Positions 39,981 through 50,045 of a stretch of 64,000 bases of DNA are shown piece by piece; the stretch's first letter is position 1; every line of letters begins with the position of its first letter. The position numbers were made by a program, and so were the translations under genes. The stretch comes from Anthoceros angustus (lineage: Eukaryota > Plantae > Anthocerotophyta): positions 1 through 64,000 of the forward strand of contig VJWM01000144.1 in assembly GCA_010909165.1 (NCBI GenBank), written 5' to 3'. Under the pieces are notes generated by a model. The model did not search any database. It was not told the origin of the DNA and saw only the letters and a program-made list of their open reading frames with translations.

Positions 39981-41661
39981 TCAACGAAGCCCTGGAATCC
40001 TTCGAATGTGCCTCCTCAGGTCAAGGTTTCCCGATCGCAAGTTGAGGAGAAGAACCAAGTAAATACCAGCTATAAAGCCCTGAGCTGCCGACGAGGTAGT
40101 TGAGACCACTGCTGTAACAAGCATGATAAAGGCATCAAGCCTAGTGTTCTGGTCCCTGCACGCCATAGCCAGCTCCACTCCAGCAAACAAGAGAAGTACC
40201 CCGAGCAGGCCGATTGGGAACATTGCCAGAATCTGCACCAGCGAGTTTCCCAGAACAAGACCGATCACCAGCTTGGCTGTTCCCAGAATCACCACTGACA
40301 GGCCGCTGTTAGCCCCGAATCTGTACTGCCCAGCCAGTCCTCCAGCTCCATGGCAGACTGGCATTGCTCCAAACCAGCACCCAACAATGTTCATCAGCCC
40401 CACTGACGTCGAGACGGCAAAGGCTGTGACATCGGTTTTGAGAGGAAAGAGATCCTCAGACAGCTTCACCACTGCAATCACCGAGTTGAGGACACTCAGA
40501 GGGAGCTGGGGAATGGCTCCCCTCAAGAACCCAGTCTTCCAGTCGCTCCAGGATATGCTGACCACCTGAAATGGGATAGGAAGAAAGAGCAAGACGCTCG
40601 TTAGGACTGAAAGGAGGGGAGCAAGATGTGACAATGGGTGCAGATGGATCAGTGGAAAAAGGCTTGCCTTGATACTGGAGGGACCAAACGTCAGTGCACT
40701 GAAGATGCTGGGATCACGGACAAAAGCAAGAACAACCCCGAGCAGGAAGACTATGAGAGCTGCTGGGACGACATAGCTCTGTTGCTCCATCTGTCCAGCA
40801 GGAGCACTGGTTGGCAGAAGAGAAGCGGTGACAGAAGGCTCCCTCCTTCCTTCCCCTTGCTGCCCAGCTCCACTCTCGGCATCCTCTTCTCCAAGAAACC
40901 TGCCAATGCGCTGCTTCACATGCCTCACCTGGTGGTGCTCACTAGCACTTCCAGAGCTGCAGCTCTGCCTGCTGCCTCCAGCTCCCACAGCTAGCACAAC
41001 AAACGAGAAGCCCACAAGAGCCAGCACCCTCCCATCCAAGCCCAGCCATGGCCGAGCTCCAGGAGACTTCCCAGTGGCGAAGTTCTGCTGATTCAACATA
41101 TACTTCACAGCAGTAGACCCGAAGCTGAGGCCCTGCGAGAGCTGGATTCCTCGAACCACAGAAACCGGCACCAGCCACTGCACCCAGCTCATCAACCCCG
41201 TGATGCCCAGAAACAGGAGCACAAACGCCGTGGACAGCCCTGGTACCCACATCGTCCTCCATCAGCGTCCAGACCATTTAAATGCAGAACAGACATCCAC
41301 CACCCGAGAAGAAGAAGAAGAAGATCTCACCAGCCGCCATGATCTGAGGAATTGTGAGCGGGTTTCCCTCCGTGATGGCCACCGCAGCTATGGACTTCAT
41401 GGGCTGCACTGGCATGGGCACCCCGAACACGCATCCTGTGATGATGTTGTACAGCCCAGTGAAGACGAGTGTTGTGCCCAGATCCAGATTGTTCACCAAA
41501 GCCAAGGCCAGCACGATGGGCACAAAAGTGCCCAAATCGCCCAACGACCCGCTGATTTCCTGCACGATGGTCTTGCTCTTCACCTCCACATTGGACTTGA
41601 TCTTGGTAACCCAAGTCTCCCAGGCACCCGCCTCCCAGGCCTCCTCCGACCGGTCGGCCAT
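39981..41661 (-). CDS. MOT2: Molybdate transporter (MOT1/MOT2 family, closer to MOT2 from recall), 3 exons, 495 aa
   Basis: Exons 41661-41331, 41239-40668 and 40565-39981; introns GT-AG 91 nt and GC-AG 102 nt; phases consistent. Motifs ISGSLGDLGTFVPIVLAL, PMPVQPMKSIAAVAI, GFLRGAIPQLPLSVLNSVIAV and FGAMPVCHGAGGLAGQYRFG. Confidence 0.93.
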
Positions 41662-41856
41662 GCCTTCCACTTCCTGCAAGCGCCCACTCTATGGCACACC
41701 ACACAAATCCCAAGCCCCCACACTAGAAATCCACCCGAAACCCAGGACTGTCGAGGGAGATGGATATCCTCTCGACCAGCCCACCCGTAGGCCAAGCCCA
41801 CACCAGCCTGCCCTGCTGCTGCTGCTGCCCACAGCCTCACACGCTCCTCGGGATGG

Positions 41857-41862
41857 TTTATA
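41857..41862 (-). promoter_or_regulatory. Candidate TATA box for the MOT gene inside a 420-bp divergent intergenic region
   Basis: TATAAA on the minus strand ~200 bp upstream of the first downstream ATG (41661). A GACGTCA element lies at ~41941. Confidence 0.45.
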
Positions 41863-42081
41863 GATGATGTGGGGTCAAGCTCCTGTGCGCAGCGTCCCGT
41901 GCAGGGCCGCGACACCTTTCTTTTCCCAACACGCAAGAACGACGTCATCGCCTTGCAAATCCGTCCAACACTGCACGGAGCCTGACTCCGAGCCTGTCCC
42001 GGTTCTGCCTCCTACTTGGAGGCTTTTTTTAAGGCCTGCTTGATCCTGCCCGGATTCCTCCTCCCAGTCTCACCATGAGCC

Positions 42082-43290
42082 ATGGCTGCCTCCGCAGCCC
42101 CGGCTTGGGCCTCCTGCTCCTCGCTCATATTCAGCGCAACTTCGTCGCACCTCTCTGCACCCAAGGTCCTGGGTGTGGCCTTGCGCTCAGATCGTGATGG
42201 CGGATTCGAGTGCGGATGCTCATCTTCCTCTTCCTCCTCCACCGACCGGCTGCATCTGCGTGCCTGGAGCTGCCGGCGAAGGAGCGGGGAATTTTCCGTG
42301 CTGCAGGTGGCGGCGGGGAATGGGTTGGTGGTGTCCCGGAAGGAGATGAGGGCGGTGGGGGGATGGATGGGGAGGATGGGATGGTCTGAGGATGGGAAGG
42401 GACTGGGGTGGATGGCAGCATTGATGGGGGATGGCAGGAAGCATCTCTTCTCCAGGTGCCTGGAGCTGGCATTGCCGGTGCTGGCTGGTGCGCCGGCGCT
42501 GGTGGGATTGGCAGGGCCTTCTCTTGCTGGGGGGTTAGGGCAGCCGAACGAGGTGTTTGGAGAAGTGGGAGCATTGTTGGAGGTCGGAGTGCAGCTGATC
42601 TACCTTGGCCTGCTGCTGCTGTTTCTTGGAGTGGGAACTTTCCTGGTGGTTCGGCAGGTGCTTGTGCGCAGAGAGCTGGAGACAGCTGCCAAGGAGCTGC
42701 AGGTAGGTATGGATGGAAGGGTTTGATGAACATGGTGATGGTGTTATTGGGATCCAGGTTGATCTTCCTCTGAGGTTCCCGGATTCGTGTAGGATCGAGT
42801 GCGAAGTGGTGAGGCGAGCTCAGAAGAGTACTATGAGCTGGGAGCAATCTTTTTGAGGAAGAAGCTGTATTCCACTGCCAACAAGTATCTGGAGCAGGCT
42901 ATCAAGAAGTGGGATGGTGATGATCAAGATTTGGCTCAGGTCAGGTCACCTTCTTCAGCAGCTCGTGTGGGGTTGGAGCTTTACTTCTGGATGGTGTGTG
43001 CTTACAGATGTGATAGCCTGCAGGTGTACAATGCGCTTGGCTTCTCCCTGTACAGCGACGACGAGGTGGATGCCGCTGTTGTTCAGTATGAGAAGGCCGT
43101 GAAGCTTCAACCGGGATATGTCAAGGCTTGGAATAATCTCGGGGACGCTTACGAGAAGAAGAAGGATTACAAGAAGGCTTTGAAAGCGTACCAAGAAGCA
43201 TTGCAGTTCGACCCCACGAACAAGATTGCACTTGCTCGCAGGGACGTGGTGAAGGAAAGAGTGAAGATGTTTCAGGGAATTCCGGATTAG
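42082..43290 (+). CDS. PYG7: Chloroplast TPR protein PYG7 / Ycf37 (photosystem I assembly), 3 exons, 344 aa
   Basis: Exons 42082-42702, 42793-42939 and 43024-43290 (GT-AG introns of 90 and 84 nt). Ser/Ala-rich transit-peptide-like N-terminus; TM segment [36 protein letters not shown]; TPRs [20 protein letters not shown] and [20 protein letters not shown]. Confidence 0.95.
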
Positions 43291-43676
43291 CAGTCCCGCA
43301 TCTGCTTCCGGATCCAGTTTTGTGTTTACTTCAGCGAGGATGACGAATTGTATTCTCCCGTGGCTTCTTTTGAGGAGTGGGTTTTGCTACTGGTGGTCTG
43401 GTCTGTGGGCAACATCAGTGTCCGAGAACGTATCACACAAGACTGCGCAAGAAAGGTCTGCGTGCACGGTAGCTGACAGCGTTTTTCATAACGCCCCAGG
43501 GGCTTGCAGCTGCACACCTAGCTTTATAGGTGTAGGCCATCCACATCTGCTACAGGTTTACCCTAAGAACTCCATCGCCGACAGCGCATTCCACCAAAAA
43601 TGGGACCATTTTGTAAGGCAAAACATGTGCCTTTCAAGAAGAATCTCAGCGGTCTCTCCGGCCATAGACCAACTAA

Positions 43677-45161
43677 TTATATGCGAGACCCGGTAAGGAC
43701 CTTGCCTCCCTTGGCAATCTTGAACCACTCAGTGTGGAAGGCACCTCCGGCATCAACACGCTCATAGGTGTGGGCACCGAAGTAGTCTCGCTGGGCCTGC
43801 ACGAGGTTGGCAGGAAGCCGTGCCCTGCGGTAAGTGTCGAAGTATGCCAGACTGGCACTCATGCCTGGGGTGCTGACACCAACGCTGATGGCCAGGCTCA
43901 CCACCCGTCTCCATGCAGCTTGCCTTTCCACCATCTCCTTGGCGAACTCGGGGTCCACCAGAAGGGAAGCCAGCTTGGCGTTGCGGTCGTAGGCCTGCTT
44001 GATTCTGTCGAGGAAGATGGCACGAATGATGCATCCACCCTTCCAGATACGCGCTAGCTCGCCCAGGTTCAGGTCCCACCCTTGCTCGATGCTCTTGGCA
44101 CGGATCAGGTTCATGCCTTGGGCATAGCTGCAGATTTTGGATGCATACAGTGCCTTCCTCACATCATCAACCAGCTGCTTCTTGTCCACATTCTTGGAAG
44201 CCAGGATATCACCAACACCAGCCTCCTTGAAGATCGCAGCAGCAGCCAACCTCTCTTCCTTCAACCCGCTCAGAAACCGAGAATCTAAGGAAGCAGCAAT
44301 AGTAGGGGCAGCGATGGACAACTCCGCAGCTTGCTGCACAGTCCACTTCCCCGTCCCCTTCATGCCGGTCTTGTCAAGAATCTTATCAACCAGCTCCCCG
44401 TCTCCCTTATCATCCTTCACAGCAAAGATATCCGCAGTAATCTCCACCAGAAAACTCTCCAACTCCCCCTTGTTCCACTCACTGAAGGCCTCATGCAGCT
44501 CCGCGTTGGTCAACCCTCCAACAGACTTGAGCACATCATAAGCTTCCGAGATGAGCTGCATATCACCATACTCGATCCCATTGTGCACCATCTTCACGAA
44601 ATTCCCAGATCCACCCTTCCCAACGTATGTCACACACGGGCCGTCATCAACCTGGGCAGCCACCTTCTTCACGATATCCTCAATGTAATGGTAAGCCTCA
44701 GGAGTGCCTCCAGGCATCAGGGACGGCCCGTTCCGGGCTCCCTCCTCACCTCCAGACACCCCCATCCCCAAATACAGCAGCCCCTTCTCCGCCACCTGCT
44801 TGGCCCGCCGTTCCGTGTTCTCATACCACTCATTCCCACCATCCACAATGCAGTCCCCGGGCTCCAGATACTCCGACAGAGTCTCGATCGTCTGGTCCAC
44901 AGGAGCTCCAGCCTTCACCAAAATGATCACCGACCGTGGCTTCTGAATGGACAGCACAAAATCCTTGGGAGTGTAGTACCCCCGGAGAGGCAGGTTTCCT
45001 TCCAACTTCGCCCGTTCCACGGTCTCATCCACCTTGCTGCTGCTACGATTGTACACTGAAATCGGGAACCCTTTTTCCGCGATGTTCAGGGCCAGATTCT
45101 GCCCCATCACGGCCAGCCCAGCCAGCCCTATCCGGGACAGGGTCGCAGCGTCCAAAGCCAT
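43677..45161 (-). CDS. PGD2: 6-phosphogluconate dehydrogenase, decarboxylating, 494 aa, C-terminal SRI (PTS1)
   Basis: IGLAGLAVMGQNL (NADP binding), VDGGNEWYENT, LGMGVSGGEEGA, GNFVKMVHNGIEYGDMQLISEAY and NLVQAQRDYFGAHTYERVD. CDS uninterrupted. Start taken as the ATG at 45161; a splice acceptor at 45202-45201 suggests a 5'UTR intron. Confidence 0.97.
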   Translation of the reverse strand: MALDAATLSRIGLAGLAVMGQNLALNIAEKGFPISVYNRSSSKVDETVERAKLEGNLPLRGYYTPKDFVLSIQKPRSVIILVKAGAPVDQTIETLSEYLEPGDCIVDGGNEWYENTERRAKQVAEKGLLYLGMGVSGGEEGARNGPSLMPGGTPEAYHYIEDIVKKVAAQVDDGPCVTYVGKGGSGNFVKMVHNGIEYGDMQLISEAYDVLKSVGGLTNAELHEAFSEWNKGELESFLVEITADIFAVKDDKGDGELVDKILDKTGMKGTGKWTVQQAAELSIAAPTIAASLDSRFLSGLKEERLAAAAIFKEAGVGDILASKNVDKKQLVDDVRKALYASKICSYAQGMNLIRAKSIEQGWDLNLGELARIWKGGCIIRAIFLDRIKQAYDRNAKLASLLVDPEFAKEMVERQAAWRRVVSLAISVGVSTPGMSASLAYFDTYRRARLPANLVQAQRDYFGAHTYERVDAGGAFHTEWFKIAKGGKVLTGSRI

Positions 45162-47072
45162 GGCTTCGCCTCTGTACTGAGCTTCCAGAGAATATCTCCG
45201 CTGAACAGATCCAACACACAACAGTTAGACAAACCCTTGCCTCCAGCTCCAACATAAATGCAACCAAACAAAGAGCCTGAATACATCCGCGGTATCTGCA
45301 GCTCAGAAACATCAGAGTCTTCCACAAAACATCATCGAGCCATCCAAACCACGTATCAACAACCCGTACAGCTCACACGTCAACAATCCTGCCTGCAACT
45401 AACACAGACTGCAACCGCGTGAGCAAAACACCAGAATCTCACCACCCCGGAAGCTCGTCTGGCCGCAGCGACTCAGTGAAGTGAATGGATTCGTCAGTGC
45501 ACATCAAAATGAAGGAACGGCTTATGAGAGCTAGAACGCGCTCGGCGTAAATGGCAGAACTTGTGGTATAAAAAAGGTGCGCTTATGCGCAGGTTTCGCC
45601 GGCTGGCGGAACCGGGTGGAGGATTTTTTCAGGAAGGACCTTGCGAAGGCTCCGACGCGCGACCCTGGTTCGAACCAGGGGTTGCCGATATGCCATATCC
45701 AAAGATATATAAGTACATATAAACCACATAAGTGCGGTCCCACCGGTAGCCTCGTGGCGAGGGGACCAACTGCCAGGTCACATCTCGGCAGGTGGCTGTT
45801 GAAGGAACCCAATTGCAGGACGACAGCGAAGAAGAGGAGGAAGAAGCACTTGAACAGCGAACGAACTGGGAAACAGAAAAAGACGCAGAAGCACAAGAGC
45901 CGAATCTGACAAGGGAGAAGATTCTTGGTTTATGTGTCCTTCCGTTCTTTCAGAGCAGAGGGAATAGATACAACAGCCCAGTGTGAGACGGGCAGAGGTG
46001 TGATAACTTAAGTAGGAAAGGAAAAAAAAAACAAGCTTCAGACAAGCAGAGAAGCAACAACCATCCGAGGCTATAGATACAAAGGCCTTGGCCCTGGCTG
46101 ATCAGGTCAGCGATAAATCTCTGCTGCTGCAGAACAGAACGCTGCCAGTCTGGCACAGCAGAAGAGAATGGAACCCCCACCCGACCAGACCCGATTGATA
46201 GTTTAAGCAGAAAAATGTCTCTTACGAGGCCATGATCTACACCCAGCAATCAACACTGACAACGTTAGCATAGGCAAGCAGGATGGAGAAAACAGAGAAA
46301 AAGGAAAAACAAAACCAGAGGAAAAGGAAAAACAAAAACAAAGGAAACGGAAAGCATGATGTGAAGAAGCTGAAAGACATGAAGGGATGGATCAGCAAAG
46401 GCAAGAAACACAAGCTGTACTTTCTGAACAAGACAAGCTACCTACCATCAGAAACTGTAAAGCAAAGAACACGAAATGCCAACTTCAGACAGGAACTGTA
46501 GCTAGCTGTCTTATCAGACAGTGCATTGTCGATCATGTCACATCTGGTAGTAGCTGAGTCCTAGAGAACACATCCTTCTTCCGAAGATCCAAGGCAAAGT
46601 CAGAAACCAACATCAACTCGAGGCACTCAGTTTGCTGCCATTAGTACGAGCCAGTCTTCTTACCTCTCACAGTCCTCACTGTGGTAACACCAACAACCAA
46701 CCAACCGCAAAGGACAGTCGTCCTTCTGCAGGCCGGTGACAACTATGTCCTGAAGGGTTCAGTACCAAATTATCATCTACAAGCTTCGAGCTTCTTTGGG
46801 TTCATTCCCGGTTTAGCATCACGTAGGTGAGAGCAACTAGTCTTCACCTGATATACCACCAAGAAATGCTTACCGTCCTTCCTCCAAGAATGTTCACGGG
46901 CTTAAGGGGCAGGGGAGGGAAGACTATCGCATAACTTAGCCTTTTGTCTTCCTGCCAGTCAGGGAGGTAGACTGTTCCGGGTCCTACTGGGAATGAGCAG
47001 GCTTGCTTACTACGCAAGCCTTGTAATCGCTGCAGCAGCAAGCAAGGATACCTCAGAGCAACGGGGAGAGAG

Positions 47073-49554
47073 TCAGAAATGTTCTTGCCTGGTTATCCCA
47101 ACTGGGCTACGGACGACATGGGTGCCGTCAGTCCAGGAGATGTGCGCGAACACCGTGTCCGACTGACCCGGTGAAAGCTCCTCGTATTCAGCTGCAACTG
47201 TAACCGTGAAGCTCTGCTTCTCGTTGAGTGCGGAGAAGACGAGTTTCTCGGGGTTGACTGTGAGCTTGATATCTCCCGGTGCCTTGGTAGTGACCACGTA
47301 GGTGGATGAAGCCGTGCCCACATTGGTGACTGTCCTGTAAAACTTGGTTTCCAGAACCTTGGTGGTGCTCTCGTCGAAGACTGCCGAGAAGGAAGGGTAG
47401 TTGAAGTCTGCCAAGGTGAGGACTGTGTCTGGGCAAGACACCGTGGGATCCTGTGTCACGATCTGCAGGGACCTGGCAGAGTAGTTAAGGGCGCAGAGGA
47501 AGTGGACGTAGTCTTCCTCCACCAGATCATACACCAGACCTGGGTTCAGAGCCTTCTGAGGGTCCACATGGCCGGCACCATAGCCGAACGGGTCTGAAGC
47601 TTCCCCGGTTGCCTCATCGGTGATGAGAGAGTTGCGGTTGTCAGTCACATCTGCTGTGGTCATGAGAGCAGACTTGATGGCCGATGGGGTCCAGTCAGGA
47701 TGTGCAGCTTTGATCAGGGCAGCCAGGCCACTGATGTGCGGGCATGACATCGATGTTCCAGATATGATGTTGAACTTCACCTGCAACACAGCGCAGCACC
47801 CAACATGATCAGAAAACAGCACTGCAGAAAGGAGGAGAACAGATGAAATGATCAACCGGGAGCTGGCATTGCAATGCAGCAAGCTTGTGTATGAAGACGA
47901 GCCTTACCTGACGGGGATCGGAAGTGATTCCAGTAGGCCCTGTAGCACCAGTCCAGGCTGCAAGGATGTTCACACCAGGCCCAGTCACATCCGGCTTCAG
48001 GATCTGAGGGGTCAGGGAGTTGGGTCCTCGGGAAGAGAAAGATGCAACCACGGGAGCTGGAGAGTATCCCAACACAGTCCCACCGGAGGTGATGGTGGCC
48101 TTGGGGTTCGTGGTGGAAGAGATGTAGCTCTTGATGAGAGCACCAGCCTTGTGGCCCAGAGCAACAGCAGGCAGTATGTGAGCATCTGCAATGATACCTT
48201 CACCATCAACCTCCTGGTTTGCCAGAATCAAGCCTACACCACCAGCATTGCTCACGGTCCAACCCTTCTCAACTCTAGCATTGGTTCCGCGATCACAGAA
48301 CACCACCTTCCCCTTCACCTTCGCTGGGTCCAGCGTCCCTGCCATGCAGAGACTAGCAAAATACGAGTTTCCCGAACCAAACCCAGCATCCCCAGAGTAC
48401 ACCAGATCGTACTCTGCGTCATTGGATAGAGCCACTCCACTCGACAGAGATTCTCCCTTGTAGGACACCCCATTCCCGAGCTTCGCAAAGGCAGGGAAAT
48501 CACGATCCACAGTGCTAGCCCCGACTGTGATGACCCAGGGAGCGATGTTGGCCACAGTCTGAGCTCCCGGCCCACTGTTCCCTGCAGAGCACGACACCAC
48601 AACTCCCTTCTTGATAGCGCCGAAGGATCCGATGGCGATGGAGTCCAGGTAGTATGGCACCACTCCCCCGCCCACAGACAGAGAGATGATGTCCACCCCA
48701 TCCTCCACAGCCTGGTCAAATGCAGCCAGGATGTCGGAGTCGTAGCATCCTGTCTCCCAGCACACCTTGTACATGGCCACCCTGGCCTTGGGAGCCATGC
48801 CCCTGGCAGTCCCCGGAGCATAGCCCAGCAGGCTGGCCTTGTACACATACCTTCCCCCTGCCGTGGAGGATGTGTGGGTGCCATGGCCCTCGCTGTCCCT
48901 TGGAGATCGGTACTCCAGGGTCTCGTTCACAGGGCCTTTGGATGCCTCGTACCCTCGCACATAGTATGTGGCACCAATGAGCTTCCTGTTGCAGATGCTG
49001 GCATCGAAGTCGGTGCCCGACACACAGGTGCCCTTCCAGCGAGCAGGGATCGGACCCATCTTGTGGTCGGAGAAGGACTTGCTCTCGGGCCAGATCCCAG
49101 TGTCCAGCACCCCGATGATCACATCCTCGCCATAGTCTGCCTCCGGCCACAGCCCCCAGGAAGTGTTGAGCTGCAGGAATTCCGGGGTGTGGGTTGTGTG
49201 CAGCTGCTTCACCGTGTCCGGGAACATGGCCAGGAAGCCTGGAACTTCCTGAAGCCGCTGGGCTTGGGCGTCTGTGAGCTTGGCTGCGAAGCCATGGAAC
49301 ACCGTGTCGTAGACGTGGATCAAGGGGTCTGACTCCAGCTCTACTGCCTCCTCGCTTGCCGATTGTCGCAGCACGTTGCCCTTGATGGACGCCAGAGTGC
49401 TGAGGTACCAGTGATCGTGCGTCAGGAACAAGGACGGCTTGTGGTCCTCCGCCATGTGGATGATGTATGTCTTGGCACTATCGGCATCTCCGAATGCCGA
49501 TGCCAGGCCTGCCAGCAGGAGGCACACGGAGAGGAAGGCCACTGCTCGAGCCAT
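47073..49554 (-). CDS. SBT1: Subtilisin-like serine protease, SBT1 subfamily, 2 exons, 784 aa
   Basis: Exons 49554-47908 and 47780-47073 (127-nt GT-AG intron). Signal peptide; I9 prodomain ending LHTTHTPEFL; catalytic VLDTG, GHGTHT and SGTSMSCPH; PA domain; C-terminal Fn-III-like region DFNYPSF...RTVTNVG. Confidence 0.96.
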
Positions 49555-49910
49555 CTTTGGTTCAGTCTTTCGTGCCCGGAGCTTCTGGGCCCAGCTTCTC
49601 CCTCAGTCTGCCGAAGCAAACCACTTCCAGACGAGTCAGTGCAAACGCAAAGCAGAGACGGAGATCACCCAGCTTTCGTTACCAAGACAGGTAAAATCCC
49701 TCCGACCGGCTGGCTTACCAGCTGCAAGAAGAAGGTTGCAATGCAGACAGCAAGCTCAATGACGGAATGCAACACGACAGGAAACAAGACCCAGCCTACA
49801 GTGATCTTCCCAGCAGCAGTAATTCCCCTACCGAGAACAGCACGCCCAAACCTTCCATCAGCAATGCGTTGAATCTTACGACCCGGCACAACACAAGGGC
49901 AGGCAGAAGA

Positions 49911-50045
49911 ACCATCGCCCACAACGTTATCACCCACCAAATCCTATCGCCCATAAATGCTATCGCCCACAAACGCTATCGCCCACAAAGCTACCGCCCA
50001 CAAAGCTACCGCCCACAATGCTCCGCCCACAACGCACCACAAACC
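49911..50045. repeat. Degenerate 15-16-bp tandem repeat (~8 copies)
   Basis: Repeated gcta(t/c)cgcccacaaa. Confidence 0.8.

Noticed and set aside
45162-45221. N-terminal extension of 6PGD as a transit peptide
   Set aside because: Non-ATG start that crosses a probable splice acceptor at 45202-45201; it does not look like a transit peptide.
38662-49554. MBF1c-MOT-PYG7-PGD-SBT as a functional gene cluster
   Set aside because: The products belong to unrelated pathways; proximity is explained by a compact genome.
44082-49872. Many long overlapping ORFs on the opposite strand or frame of PGD and SBT
   Set aside because: Expected shadows of GC-rich coding sequence; no independent homology.
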